Source: Promethearchaeota archaeon (GTDB taxonomy: Archaea; Asgardarchaeota; Lokiarchaeia; Sigyniarchaeales; SOKP01). From it: a DNA stretch of 64,000 nt. Below the pieces are notes generated by a model that saw nothing but the letters and a program-made list of their open reading frames with translations, was not told where the DNA came from and made no database searches. This document shows, one piece after another, positions 39,534 to 50,490 of this stretch (the first letter of the stretch is position 1; every line of letters starts with the position of its first letter). The stretch is taken from positions 96,001-160,000 of the forward strand of contig JAUVXW010000001.1 of NCBI GenBank assembly GCA_030603385.1, read 5' to 3'. The position numbers were made by a program, and so were the translations under genes.

Positions 39534-41168
39534 TTAGGGTAATAAATTAAGATTTTCCCGAATTTTTCCTTCAATATTTTCGTTAATAAGAACTTTTTCT
39601 TTTAATTTTGAAACGCCTAACTGTATTTTCTTCTTCAAATTCACATCTTTTATCAAATTTTTACTTTCGGATGAAAATTCAAAGTTTGATCTCAATGCCA
39701 TATCATCTTCAATTCTCTCAATTAGAATGTTTTTTAATTTCATCAAGGGGTCTGAGATATATTCATAAATATTATTTGGATCATTAGTAATATATCCTGG
39801 AAATAAAATATTCATACGTTCTTCCATATTGTCTTCATTTTCGATAAACATGGCATAAACAGGCAGATAAATCCATTGTATAGGTCTTGAAAACAAATCT
39901 GATTGATTCTCATTTAATGACCATCTAACTAACTCTTGAGCTTCTTGTAAGCATGCATTATGTTTTGATTGTATTATTTCGTTAATATTACCAAACAAAA
40001 TTTCTATCTTTTCTTCTTGAATTTTTAGACCAGAAATTTTTTCTTTTCTTTCACTCTCAAATTCTGAGAGCAATTTATCTCTATCTTTTAATTTTAAACT
40101 CTGTGATTCTCTAAACCTTTCTAGTTTTACTTTAGCTTCCTCATCTATTTGACGTGCTCTTTCTTTTAAATCGACATATCTTTGGTTAAGTCCTTCAAGA
40201 GATTCTAAAAATTTCTTTCCCTCATCTTCTAAATAATTAAAATGATTTTGAAAATGGGGCAAAACATCTTCATAAACCCTACTTTTTAAGGAATCACCAC
40301 TTGTAAAAAACCTATTTTTTTTAATCATCTCTTCAAGATGTCTTTCAGATGTTTTAAATAATGTTGAAATAGCCTCAATTATCTTTTTTTTCTCCTCTAC
40401 ATTCCATTGATCGATTTTATCTTGCTCTAATTTCACTTGGTGGTCCATTTGGGTTGGATCTATTGTTGATGAAGCTTTATTCATCTGACTAGAATATCTA
40501 GTAACAAAGTCTTTAAGTTGTACGTTTAAATCAATAAGCCATTTACTAACTTCTTTTTCTATCAATTCTGTTTGAGTTTTCCACCTAAAAGCATTTCCCT
40601 TCATTGTATTTATTATATTACGATAATTCTCAGATATATTTAAAGCGATTTCAGTGGTAATTCTGTGATCTAAGACAGTATAATCAATAATTGGTTTGTA
40701 TTCTATAAGTGGAATTATCATAATTAATGTTTGAAGAAACTCTGGATTTATCAAACCATTTATTTTAAGTGTTTGATATTCAGATTCTTCACCTTCCCCT
40801 AAATCTTCTGCTTCTGTGTCTTTATAAGACAAAATATCTATTAACTTATTCAATTCTTCTATTTTAGTTCGATTTTCAATATTTCTTAGAATATGGCCAA
40901 CTAACGGTTGACGTGGGGCATTTGAAAATTTATCTCTCTTATTAAAAATACCTAATCCATCTAGCATTATGTGTGTGCCAATAGTTCCTTGTATACTTAA
41001 TATAGGCCATAGAAGTCTCGAAAAAGAAAGGATTTTCTCATTTTTGTTTAAATCCTTTGTTAAAAGATAAAATGTTAGGGATAATTCATCGTTTCCTTGA
41101 ATAACAGGTCGTTTTGTAATTTTATTCATAAAAAAAGGTAATAGATATTGGTTACCGTGTACAGACAA
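39534..41168 (-). CDS. Hypothetical protein with long central coiled coil
   Basis: 544-aa ORF; beta-rich termini (LLWPILSI / WIYLPVYAM) flank about 250 aa of heptads; AGGAG SD. Confidence 0.8.
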   Translation of the reverse strand: MSVHGNQYLLPFFMNKITKRPVIQGNDELSLTFYLLTKDLNKNEKILSFSRLLWPILSIQGTIGTHIMLDGLGIFNKRDKFSNAPRQPLVGHILRNIENRTKIEELNKLIDILSYKDTEAEDLGEGEESEYQTLKINGLINPEFLQTLIMIIPLIEYKPIIDYTVLDHRITTEIALNISENYRNIINTMKGNAFRWKTQTELIEKEVSKWLIDLNVQLKDFVTRYSSQMNKASSTIDPTQMDHQVKLEQDKIDQWNVEEKKKIIEAISTLFKTSERHLEEMIKKNRFFTSGDSLKSRVYEDVLPHFQNHFNYLEDEGKKFLESLEGLNQRYVDLKERARQIDEEAKVKLERFRESQSLKLKDRDKLLSEFESERKEKISGLKIQEEKIEILFGNINEIIQSKHNACLQEAQELVRWSLNENQSDLFSRPIQWIYLPVYAMFIENEDNMEERMNILFPGYITNDPNNIYEYISDPLMKLKNILIERIEDDMALRSNFEFSSESKNLIKDVNLKKKIQLGVSKLKEKVLINENIEGKIRENLNLLP

Positions 41169-41343
41169 GGATTTTCTCCTACTTTTTAATTTCTGTTTAT
41201 TAAAAATAATTCTGAATATATTAAATTTAAAGCGATTCAGTTTTAAAATTTTAATCTTTTTTTAAACGATAATAAAAAACTAGGAGCTCAAATATTATAA
41301 AAATGAAGTAAGTAAGGAAAATTAAAGTTTAAAATAAACAAAA

Positions 41344-42225
41344 TTATTTGAGTTGTTCATAGTTATTAGCTATTACCATTATGAGGAGTGCTAACAATAT
41401 TATTAATGGTGGTAATATCGCTCTTACATGAGGTAAATCCGCTACATCAAGTGCTCCTTGTAATATTCTTCCTCCAATAAAATAAAGGAGGAAACCAATA
41501 GCGTTTAAAGCATATGATTTTCTTAATACTCCAAAAGTTTTCCAGGCAAGATACAGAAAGATAAACGGAATTAACGCTAGGAACAATGGCATAAAGATGA
41601 AATTAAACAAAAATCTCCCAAGAGGATATTCCCAAGATCCTATTCCTATTGTAACTATATTGTCTTCCCATCCTGATAAATTATATAGACTTGGAAAATC
41701 TGGATCCATAAAAAGCCATTTTGATAAAGTTAAAGAGAGAATTCCTATTATGATAGGAACAACAATCAATCCTAAACGAATTAGTAGTTTGATGTTATTT
41801 TTATTTCCGATCCATTCTTTAAATGATTTACCTTTCTCTTCCTTTTTTCCTACCCTAGTATCAGGAGGAAATAACAAAATCCCCAATACTCCCACAGCGC
41901 AGGCGGTTCCCAACCAAGTAAAAAATACAGCAAACCGATAATTAACCATTAAAAACTCTACAACTTCAACACCATTTCCTGGGAGTGGTAAAGATTCATA
42001 CAATTCTGGGCCGAAAAAATAATATATTATGAAAAATACTCGTGCAATTCCAAAACATAGAAAGAACAAGCTAAAATACAACCAATATAATTTCTTTGAA
42101 GTTCGAAATCTAATGAATAGGAAGTAGAAAAACAATAAAAAGAAATAGCCTACAATGATAAAATAGAGCCCCATTTCAATAGCATCCCAAAATCCAAAAT
42201 CATGAAAAGTATCTTGAAACAACAT
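41344..42225 (-). CDS. About 7-TM membrane protein (sensor-like)
   Basis: Seven hydrophobic segments; YW.YFS.FF..F..AR..F pattern; no catalytic domain. Confidence 0.75.
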   Translation of the reverse strand: MLFQDTFHDFGFWDAIEMGLYFIIVGYFFLLFFYFLFIRFRTSKKLYWLYFSLFFLCFGIARVFFIIYYFFGPELYESLPLPGNGVEVVEFLMVNYRFAVFFTWLGTACAVGVLGILLFPPDTRVGKKEEKGKSFKEWIGNKNNIKLLIRLGLIVVPIIIGILSLTLSKWLFMDPDFPSLYNLSGWEDNIVTIGIGSWEYPLGRFLFNFIFMPLFLALIPFIFLYLAWKTFGVLRKSYALNAIGFLLYFIGGRILQGALDVADLPHVRAILPPLIILLALLIMVIANNYEQLK

Positions 42226-42344
42226 AATAAGTCAATTTTTATAATTACTTTAAATAATATTATTATCTTTTAGTTGTATAAAAATTTATTTCAATTTGAG
42301 TAATTCTTAAAATACAAATATTATCAATTACTTTTAGAATCTAT

Positions 42345-43838
42345 ATGAAAATCGAGAATAGCATTGAGACATTTAATTCATTAGTAAAACGTCGTGGGTT
42401 CATTTGGGGTCCTTCTCCGGAAATTTATGGCGGATTCGCAGGTTTTTATTCTTATGGTCCAGCAGGTATGGCTCTTAAAAATAATATATTAGATCTTTTT
42501 AGACGAGAATGTCGTTATTTTGGTTTTGGGGAAGTTGAGTGCCCAACAATCATGCCCAGTATCGTTTGGGAAGCTTCAGGTCACTTAGAAAGATTTATAG
42601 ATCCCGTAATGAGATGTAATAAATGCAACACGTTGTATAGAGCAGATAAATTTCTTCAAGAAAATCTTCCTGATCTTATGATAGATGGCTTATCATTTGA
42701 GGAAATGGAGAAGTTAATTAAAAAACATGAACTAACTTGTCCTAAATGTGGAAATAATTTTCAAAAAATTGAAGAATATAATTTGATGTTAAAAACATCT
42801 GTGGGAAATAATACTACAGCTTATTTACGCCCTGAGACAGCTACTACGACATATTTACTCTTCAATCGATTGGATCAAGATGCGCGTAGGCAATATCCTA
42901 TTAAAATTTTCCAATTTGGCAAAGCATATAGAAACGAAATCTCACCTAGACAAGGGGTTCTACGAATGAGGTCTTTTGATCAATTTGAGCTTCAAATATT
43001 TATCAGTAGAGAGCAAGAAATGGAATTTGTGGATTATGAAGAAGTAAAAAACAACAAATTACCCCTATTAGACTGGAAACTTCAAGAAAAGGGCATTAAT
43101 GCGCCTAATATTATTTCTCTTGATTCAGCTATCAAAGATAAAATTCTTAAAAAACCTGCTTATGCATATTGCCTTTATGTGGCACATTATTTAACAACAA
43201 TCCTGGGTATCCCTGAAGAATTAATTAGATTTAGACAGCATTCATTAAATGAACGAGCTCATTATGCTGATGATGCATGGGATTTAGAAATCAAATCAAG
43301 ACAATTCGGATGGGTTGAGATATGTGGTGTCCATGATAGAACAGATTACGATTTAAGAAGGCATGCTGAATATTCAAAACAAAACTTTGAGATCAGTATG
43401 GGATCTGACCCAAATATTAAGGAAGTTCCTCAAGTTCTTGAAATTGCATTTGGAATTGATAGAATTATATATACTTTACTCGAAACTACCTTTAATGTTG
43501 AAGAAGGAAGAATTATACTAAAACTTAACCCAAATTTAGCACCAAATACAGTAGCAGTGTTTCCTCTTGTTAGGAATAAAGAAAATATCAGAAAATTCGC
43601 ATTAAAAATTCACAGAGAGTTGTTAGAAAATCGTATAGGTTCCTTTTACGATGTGGCAGGTTCAATAGGGAAGAGATATCGAAGACAAGATGAGTTAGGT
43701 ACAAAATGGTGTATAACGATAGATTATGAATCATTAGATGATAATTGTATTACACTTAGAGACCGTGATTCAATGGAACAAATACGGATAAATATCTCAA
43801 ATCTTTCTGAAATTATAAAAAAGAAACAAAGAGAGTAA
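42345..43838 (+). CDS. glyS: Glycine--tRNA ligase (alpha2, archaeal/eukaryotic type)
   Basis: KRRGF...EIYGG, LRPETA, RNEISPRQG.LR.R.F.Q.E, AHYA, GSIGKRYRRQDELGT. Confidence 0.97.
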   Translation: MKIENSIETFNSLVKRRGFIWGPSPEIYGGFAGFYSYGPAGMALKNNILDLFRRECRYFGFGEVECPTIMPSIVWEASGHLERFIDPVMRCNKCNTLYRADKFLQENLPDLMIDGLSFEEMEKLIKKHELTCPKCGNNFQKIEEYNLMLKTSVGNNTTAYLRPETATTTYLLFNRLDQDARRQYPIKIFQFGKAYRNEISPRQGVLRMRSFDQFELQIFISREQEMEFVDYEEVKNNKLPLLDWKLQEKGINAPNIISLDSAIKDKILKKPAYAYCLYVAHYLTTILGIPEELIRFRQHSLNERAHYADDAWDLEIKSRQFGWVEICGVHDRTDYDLRRHAEYSKQNFEISMGSDPNIKEVPQVLEIAFGIDRIIYTLLETTFNVEEGRIILKLNPNLAPNTVAVFPLVRNKENIRKFALKIHRELLENRIGSFYDVAGSIGKRYRRQDELGTKWCITIDYESLDDNCITLRDRDSMEQIRINISNLSEIIKKKQRE

Positions 43839-43969
43839 TTTCTTACATTTTTGCTTAATATTCTGATCTTTTTGATTCTTTCAGAAAAAATTTTAAAGAG
43901 AAGGATTTTTTAAAAATATAAATTAAAATTTAAACAATTATTAATAATATTAATCTTATTCAATCTGAA

Positions 43970-46765
43970 ATGAGTTTTTTTAAATTCTATGCTACAGGAA
44001 AGAAAAGAAGGCAAAAAAGACAATATATTAAGATAATAATCTGTGTTTTCTTTACTTTGATGTTTACCCTAAATTTTTTAAATCATTATGTTTATTCAGA
44101 TCAGACAAATGATCTTGATGAAGTCATTGATAGTAAAAATGAAAATCTATTCAATTTTGACCAAAATAATTTAGATATTGCTACGGATATATCGATGCTT
44201 CAAAATCCTTTTACTGAAAACTTTGATTTATTACGTATTTTTTTCGAATATAATTATAAATCCAGTTTAGACCTTGATATCTCACTCTATTTTAGAGAGG
44301 GAGATGAAAATGGAATAATTACAGATGATACTATTTATTCAGAAGATAATTTGTTTATGTATAATTCGTTAATGAATACGGAACTTGACCCAACTGAAAT
44401 TTTTGATATTTATTTAAAGTTGAAATCGACTCCTTTATGGTATGAAGATGATAATGAGCAATTTAATTACGGATTTGTAAAGTCAGTTGATAACTCTACA
44501 GGTCAAGTGAAGGATGATGATAGATATTTAATCGATAACTTGTTGCCAATTTTTTTACTAATTGAAAATATTGGTGAAGATATCGATGATATTTCTATCA
44601 ATGGTAAGTTTCCAAAAGATTCGATTGAAGAAATGTTTTTTCTTATAAATTCTACTGATTTTTGGGATGAAACCTATGATGGATTCGCTGTTTCTAATTC
44701 TAGTTTTGATAAACACTCTGAAAGCAACTTCTATGGAATTTTAGCAAATCTCCTAATTCATCAGACATATTATCATCAACTTAATTTAAAAAACGCTATA
44801 ACTGATAAAGCATACGATTTAGCAAATAAAACAATGTCTTCAATTGTAAATAATATGTGGGATGAAACGGCTAAAGCTTTCCGTTATCGTGCTAATTCTG
44901 CTTGGAATCCTTTTGTGGTTCCTGGGGGTACCCGTTACCATTTAGATGTGAATGCATTAGGAATCATAACTTTATTAGAATTTTGGGTTGGCTCTGGAAT
45001 GGAAAGTGATTTTTTAGAGAAAGCAGTTAACCTCTACAATAGCTTAGATGATCACCTATGGAATTTGACTGGTGATGATCTTTATTCTAATATTGCTGAA
45101 TCTAATTGGTTTCTATTTGATAGTAGCACCAACCTTAATTCAAACGCTCTAATGCTAGAAGCATGTATAAGATTGTTCCAACTTACAGGAAATATAACAT
45201 ATTACAATAGAGCTATTGAACTTTTCGACTCATTTGAAAAAAATTTATATGATAGCGTAAATAAAGCATACGATTTTTCCATATCAGATAGTAGTAAGAA
45301 TTTTAACACCAATCTAAAGCTATATGATGCTTATTTGAAAGCATCTGAAACTTATAGCAGTACGATATTAAGGGCAAATTATAATCTAACTGCTACAGTC
45401 CCTGATTTAGTTTTTAATCAAGACATTATGAATTTAACATCAGTTTATGCATTTGAGAATACGGAATATTATTACAATCTCTCAATTGATTCTTATGTTC
45501 CTTTTACTACAAGGCATAATATAACTGATGCAGACATAAATTATATTTTTAAATATCCAAATGGAACATTTTTGTATCAATTTGAAATTAATAGTCCGGC
45601 TGAATCACAAACTCTCAATTACATTATCGAAGAAACATTGCCAATGGGAGAAGGTTATTATATTTATATTTGGGGGAATAAAACATATTTCAAATTAGCT
45701 GACACTATTAAACGTTTCAACGTTAATTCTGGGCTAATAAATGAAACAATTGAGGGTTTAGTTAGTTTTTTATATCAAGGTCCGCTCTTAAATATAACAC
45801 TTCCTATCAATTATACTAGAAGAGATAATTTGACACTAACAGCATCTTTAGAGGGCAACGATATAATTAATTTCACCGCTCAGGAAGTCAATTTTACTGC
45901 AACTACTGAATTGGAAGAATTTACATATATTAATTTTAATCTTACTGCTAGACATGGAGCTATTCCTGGTCCTAGTGAAATTGTTTTCAAAATTACTAAA
46001 GGTAATATATTATATTTAGAAATTAAAAAAATAATAGAAATTGGGTATTCATTTGATTACGAATATTTATTATATCAAAGTAAGGTTGTTAGTGGTGAAA
46101 ATATTGATATTTTTCTAGATTTAATTAATTATTTACCAAACGCAACACAATCTTTGAATATTAGTTTTACTGGAAAAACAGAAAATTCAATTGAGACTTT
46201 GAATCAAGAAGTAACTTTAGATAAAAAGGAGATTAGATCAATTTCATTTAATCTGAAAACTCTTAAAAATATCGAAAATGATATAATTAGGATAGAAATG
46301 AATATACTTCAGAATACAACCATATATTATACTGAAGAATTGACTATAGAAATTATACCAAGATTTGAAATAATTAGCGTTTCATTTCCAGGAAAAATCT
46401 CTCAAGGAGCGCCCGCTTATTTTATTGCTACGATAAAGAATAACTTAGAGAATTCAGAAGCATTTTCTTTATACGTTAATGGAAAATTAGTGCAATCAAA
46501 TATCAACGAGCTCATCCCTGGTGAGAATAGGATTGAAAAAAAAATCATCCCTACACATAATCCATATGAATTTGGAACTAAGATTTATCGGGTAATCTTA
46601 GAGGATAGCGAAAATAAAGAAATTGCGAGATTCTATTTTAAAGTTGTTTTAGAGCTCTCAACCTTTAATTTAATAATTTTTTATATAGTACCTGTCATCA
46701 TCCCCATTGGTATTATGTTATACTTCTTAAATAAACAGATAAAACATAAAAAATTGAGAAGATGA
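43970..46765 (+). CDS. Large cell-surface protein: (alpha/alpha)6-barrel-like domain + Ig-like domains + C-terminal TM
   Basis: Basic N-terminus plus hydrophobic signal/anchor; repeated Y..DN / NAL...L..L..LTG...Y...A..L helical-hairpin motifs; many NxS/T sequons; C-terminal TM followed by KHKKLRR. Confidence 0.7.
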   Translation: MSFFKFYATGKKRRQKRQYIKIIICVFFTLMFTLNFLNHYVYSDQTNDLDEVIDSKNENLFNFDQNNLDIATDISMLQNPFTENFDLLRIFFEYNYKSSLDLDISLYFREGDENGIITDDTIYSEDNLFMYNSLMNTELDPTEIFDIYLKLKSTPLWYEDDNEQFNYGFVKSVDNSTGQVKDDDRYLIDNLLPIFLLIENIGEDIDDISINGKFPKDSIEEMFFLINSTDFWDETYDGFAVSNSSFDKHSESNFYGILANLLIHQTYYHQLNLKNAITDKAYDLANKTMSSIVNNMWDETAKAFRYRANSAWNPFVVPGGTRYHLDVNALGIITLLEFWVGSGMESDFLEKAVNLYNSLDDHLWNLTGDDLYSNIAESNWFLFDSSTNLNSNALMLEACIRLFQLTGNITYYNRAIELFDSFEKNLYDSVNKAYDFSISDSSKNFNTNLKLYDAYLKASETYSSTILRANYNLTATVPDLVFNQDIMNLTSVYAFENTEYYYNLSIDSYVPFTTRHNITDADINYIFKYPNGTFLYQFEINSPAESQTLNYIIEETLPMGEGYYIYIWGNKTYFKLADTIKRFNVNSGLINETIEGLVSFLYQGPLLNITLPINYTRRDNLTLTASLEGNDIINFTAQEVNFTATTELEEFTYINFNLTARHGAIPGPSEIVFKITKGNILYLEIKKIIEIGYSFDYEYLLYQSKVVSGENIDIFLDLINYLPNATQSLNISFTGKTENSIETLNQEVTLDKKEIRSISFNLKTLKNIENDIIRIEMNILQNTTIYYTEELTIEIIPRFEIISVSFPGKISQGAPAYFIATIKNNLENSEAFSLYVNGKLVQSNINELIPGENRIEKKIIPTHNPYEFGTKIYRVILEDSENKEIARFYFKVVLELSTFNLIIFYIVPVIIPIGIMLYFLNKQIKHKKLRR

Positions 46766-46771
46766 GAAATA

Positions 46772-48463
46772 TTGAGAAATAGAAAACAAATCAGTATTGC
46801 CTTAATTCTTTTTATTGTATTTAATACTTTTTTTGGTGTTATTTTAATTTCCTTTAAGGAATCTCCAATTTCAGATATAGATGACGGGGATAGAGAAAAA
46901 ATATTTTATAATCCAAAATTATCAAATGGTAAATGGGCTTTATCTTATAATGCAATAAATCGAAGTGCTGAAACCATTTATCGGTTATTTGAATCTATCA
47001 ATTTCACTATTGACACCTTTGGGAAAAATGATGTTGATCATGCGGTTATGCAAATAGATTTTTCTAATGGCTCTACCATTAATTACAATATGGAAAATTT
47101 TACAATTTATAAATATTCTTATGAGTATACACCAGAATACAACGCACCTTTAGGTTTTCAGAATGTAAGCTTTCTAATTTACAATATTACCGAGACACTT
47201 TTAAATACACATACAACTTATACTAATTTTACAATTCAGACTAACTACATGGCATTCACTAATAGTTCTGAATATTACGTTGGAGATGACTTATATGCAG
47301 AATTAATTGTTACAAATTGTTCAAGATGGAATCTTACAATCGTAGATAGCACAATTGAATCGGAACAGCGTAATATAACTAACTTTGAATATAACTCTAT
47401 TCAGTTTATTTATCGAATTAATAATGAAACTTTTTATAACTTTTTAGGTCAAACTTTTTATATTAAACTCAATATGACAGATACAGACTTTGGCATAAAA
47501 GGCGCAGCATATTATCCATTTAAAGTTTTAAATACAAATCCAATTATAGATAGTTCATCGATAACATTTTCTCCAGAAGAACTATACAGAAATGAAGATT
47601 GTGAGATTACTCTGAATGTGACAGATACTGAAGATCTCCCAGAAAATCTAGATGTAAGTATGTCTATCGAAGATCCTCAAGGAAATTTCCTTTCTACGAT
47701 CTCACTAGATCATGATACCAATATCACTTTTTCAGGGGAATTTTCTATTGCTGCTGGAAGACCAGTTGGAAAATACAGGATTGATATTACTGCAGAAGAT
47801 AAATTTGGTGGAATCGGCTCTTACTTAGTTTTTCTCACAGTAAAAAATAATCTACCCGAAATTCACAGCGTTAAGATTAACGGAAGATCAATGGTTCAAG
47901 GATTGTCGATATTATATGGTAAGAATTTAGTCTTTTCCTTTAATGTTTCGGATGTAGAAAGAGTTGCCTATATTAAAGTCGCTCTTATAGATGAAAATGG
48001 TGAATGGTATAATATAACCCGAGACTATAAAGGTATTGATACAGAAATAAATATCCGGACTATTGACTTAATAACTGGGGTCTGGTACGTGTATATTTAT
48101 GTTATTGATTCTGATGGAGCAATCACAACCCTTACAGACGATTTTGATGGGGCCCCCCCAGCAATAACGATTATTCCTGATGTATTAAGTGATTATTTAC
48201 CATGGATTATTTTCTTTTTAGGATTAATTATTGGGATGTTAATAAGTATTGGACTTGCTTACAGACATTTTAAATCAAAAGCGATTGGATCAAAAGTAGT
48301 AACTCCTACAAAGAAAGAGATATCATCAAAAAAACCATCAATCAAGAAAAAAGAAAAAGAGAAGCAAACTGAAGAATTAATAGAAGAGAAAGAGACAGAA
48401 GAAAAAACATCGGAAAAAGAAGAAGAGAGTGTTCCTAAACGTAAAATAAAAAGAAAATTATAA
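46772..48463 (+). CDS. Membrane-anchored surface protein with Ig-like repeats and charged cytoplasmic tail
   Basis: N-terminal signal; NTNP.I / NNLP.I...NVTD.E / NVSD.E...G.Y.I.I.A.D..GG repeats; TM near aa 478-498; K/E-rich tail. Confidence 0.75.
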   Translation: MRNRKQISIALILFIVFNTFFGVILISFKESPISDIDDGDREKIFYNPKLSNGKWALSYNAINRSAETIYRLFESINFTIDTFGKNDVDHAVMQIDFSNGSTINYNMENFTIYKYSYEYTPEYNAPLGFQNVSFLIYNITETLLNTHTTYTNFTIQTNYMAFTNSSEYYVGDDLYAELIVTNCSRWNLTIVDSTIESEQRNITNFEYNSIQFIYRINNETFYNFLGQTFYIKLNMTDTDFGIKGAAYYPFKVLNTNPIIDSSSITFSPEELYRNEDCEITLNVTDTEDLPENLDVSMSIEDPQGNFLSTISLDHDTNITFSGEFSIAAGRPVGKYRIDITAEDKFGGIGSYLVFLTVKNNLPEIHSVKINGRSMVQGLSILYGKNLVFSFNVSDVERVAYIKVALIDENGEWYNITRDYKGIDTEINIRTIDLITGVWYVYIYVIDSDGAITTLTDDFDGAPPAITIIPDVLSDYLPWIIFFLGLIIGMLISIGLAYRHFKSKAIGSKVVTPTKKEISSKKPSIKKKEKEKQTEELIEEKETEEKTSEKEEESVPKRKIKRKL

Positions 48464-48512
48464 ATAAAATTTTTAAAATTTTTTCTTGTCTAAAAATTAA
48501 TAATTTTATTTG

Positions 48513-49424
48513 CTATCCTAAGACATCATAAAGCTTATATTGAAATCTCCCGAGTTTCCCTCCAAAATTACCCGCAGAAATTCTATTTATACCTGGAACT
48601 TTTACCGCAGCTTCAATTCCTAGTTTCATTCCCTTTTTTATCGCTTCTTCCGTAGCCCCATCCAAAATTACCTCATAAACACAATTATCTCCTTCGCGTA
48701 ACATAGAATTTTCAATTTTAGTTCTTAGAGTAGGACAAAGTGGATCATTTGTGGATGCATTTAAGAAACTGTACTTTGACCCTACTTTTGATCCAGATCG
48801 TGCTATACCACCGGGGAATGGAGTTATTAAGTTAGGTACATCTTTGATTGCATCTATTGCTTTTTCAGCTGCTTCAAGGGCAACCTCTTGATTCTGCCCA
48901 ATGATCAAGAAATTCCCCCCAGCTATTCCTTTCCCAACTTTCGCCATACTTTGAACAATAAATTCTCCATCCATCACTGGAATTGACCATGCCTCAAATG
49001 GAAATTTACCCTCAACTTTTTCTTGAAACCCATCACCAAAAAATTTGAGATTTGCTCCTATTTTTATTTCAAATTCTTTTTCAGGTGCTAATGATCCATC
49101 TAATGCATCATAACAAGCTGTAGTGGGGCAAGTTAAGACACACTGTCCCAACCGATTCATTACAACGTTGCTTACTTGATCTTTTTTGGTTTTGAAAAAC
49201 ATAATAATGACTCCGGGGCGATTATCTGGAGTTTTATCTGAGGGAACAAAAATATCAATTCCTGCTTCTGCATCACAATGAATTGTCGATGTTCCATAGC
49301 CCGTTGATACTAATGCCGCAATTTTTACCCACTTTTCATTCTTAGCTGTAACTAATATTCGCGTAAAAAACCCACCAAAAGCTTCACAGAAAGTATCCTC
49401 AATTTCTACACCATTTAATTCCAT
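48513..49424 (-). CDS. ftr: Formylmethanofuran:H4MPT formyltransferase
   Basis: MELNGVEIEDTFCEAF, CDAEAGI, TPDNRPG, RLGQCVLTCPTT, FPGGIARSGSKVGSKY, ISAGNFGGKLG. Confidence 0.97.
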   Translation of the reverse strand: MELNGVEIEDTFCEAFGGFFTRILVTAKNEKWVKIAALVSTGYGTSTIHCDAEAGIDIFVPSDKTPDNRPGVIIMFFKTKKDQVSNVVMNRLGQCVLTCPTTACYDALDGSLAPEKEFEIKIGANLKFFGDGFQEKVEGKFPFEAWSIPVMDGEFIVQSMAKVGKGIAGGNFLIIGQNQEVALEAAEKAIDAIKDVPNLITPFPGGIARSGSKVGSKYSFLNASTNDPLCPTLRTKIENSMLREGDNCVYEVILDGATEEAIKKGMKLGIEAAVKVPGINRISAGNFGGKLGRFQYKLYDVLG

Positions 49425-49583
49425 TTTTATTACTCCTTCTAATTGATTTTAATAATGAAAATTTTAATTGTCGTATGAACTAATAGCGTTCTATTTTATA
49501 TAAAATTTTGAAAAAAAAATAAAAAGATTGAAAAATTGTATGGTATTATATTAAAATTGAAATTACAGAGTATGTTGTAAAAA

Positions 49584-50420
49584 ATGAGCGAAAAAGTACT
49601 TAAGATTGGAATTTTAAAGAATGGAACTATTGGATCATCTCTATTACTTGCTTTCTTAATGGATGAGCGTGCTGAATCTACGATGATTAATGTATACGAA
49701 GTAACATCCGGTGCAAAAATGCACCCCCCCGAAATGTGTACAAAAACTATGGAAGATCTATTAAAATGGAATCCTGAATTAATAATTATGTCAAGTCCTA
49801 ATGCAGCTTTACCAGGACCAAAATCCGCTAGAGAAATGGCAGGAAATATTCCTACTATAGTTATTTCAGATGCGCCCGCCAAAAAAGCAGTTGAAGAAAT
49901 TAAAGATAAAAACATGGGTTATATTTTAATAAATTGTGACAGCATGATTGGAGCACGTAGACCTTTTCTTGACCCGATTGAGATGAGCATTTTCAATTCG
50001 GATTTGTTAAAGGTTCTTGCTATAACTGGAGCACTTCAAGTTATAACAGAAGAATTAAATAAAGTTATTCTGGATATGCTAGATGGAAGAACTCCTACTC
50101 TGCCTCAAATAATTGTAGACTCTAATATTGCATCAGAAGCTGCGAATTTCTCAAATCCATATGCGAGAGCAAAAGCTATTGCTGCTTTTGAATTAGCAGC
50201 TTCGGTTTCTAATATTACTGGAAAAGCTTGTTTTCAACTAAAAGAGAGATCTGAATATATACCATTACTCGCAACTGCCCACGAGATGATGAGAGCTGCT
50301 GCACTAATGTGTGATGAAGCAAGAGAAATTGAGAAATCTAATGATACCGTTATTAGAAGACCTCATCATGCTAAGCAGCATTTCCTTACAAAAATAGGTT
50401 TATATGATAAAGAACAGTAA
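49584..50420 (+). CDS. mtd: F420-dependent methylene-H4MPT dehydrogenase
   Basis: LMDERAE, SGAKM, SPNAALPGP..ARE, DSMIGARR.FLDP.EM..FN, FSNPYARAKA, AHEMMR. Confidence 0.95.
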   Translation: MSEKVLKIGILKNGTIGSSLLLAFLMDERAESTMINVYEVTSGAKMHPPEMCTKTMEDLLKWNPELIIMSSPNAALPGPKSAREMAGNIPTIVISDAPAKKAVEEIKDKNMGYILINCDSMIGARRPFLDPIEMSIFNSDLLKVLAITGALQVITEELNKVILDMLDGRTPTLPQIIVDSNIASEAANFSNPYARAKAIAAFELAASVSNITGKACFQLKERSEYIPLLATAHEMMRAAALMCDEAREIEKSNDTVIRRPHHAKQHFLTKIGLYDKEQ

Positions 50421-50490
50421 TTACACAAAAAGTAAGAAAAAAGTCCTTAAAATCTACTATTTTATTTTAATTATTTTTTTTATAAATATG

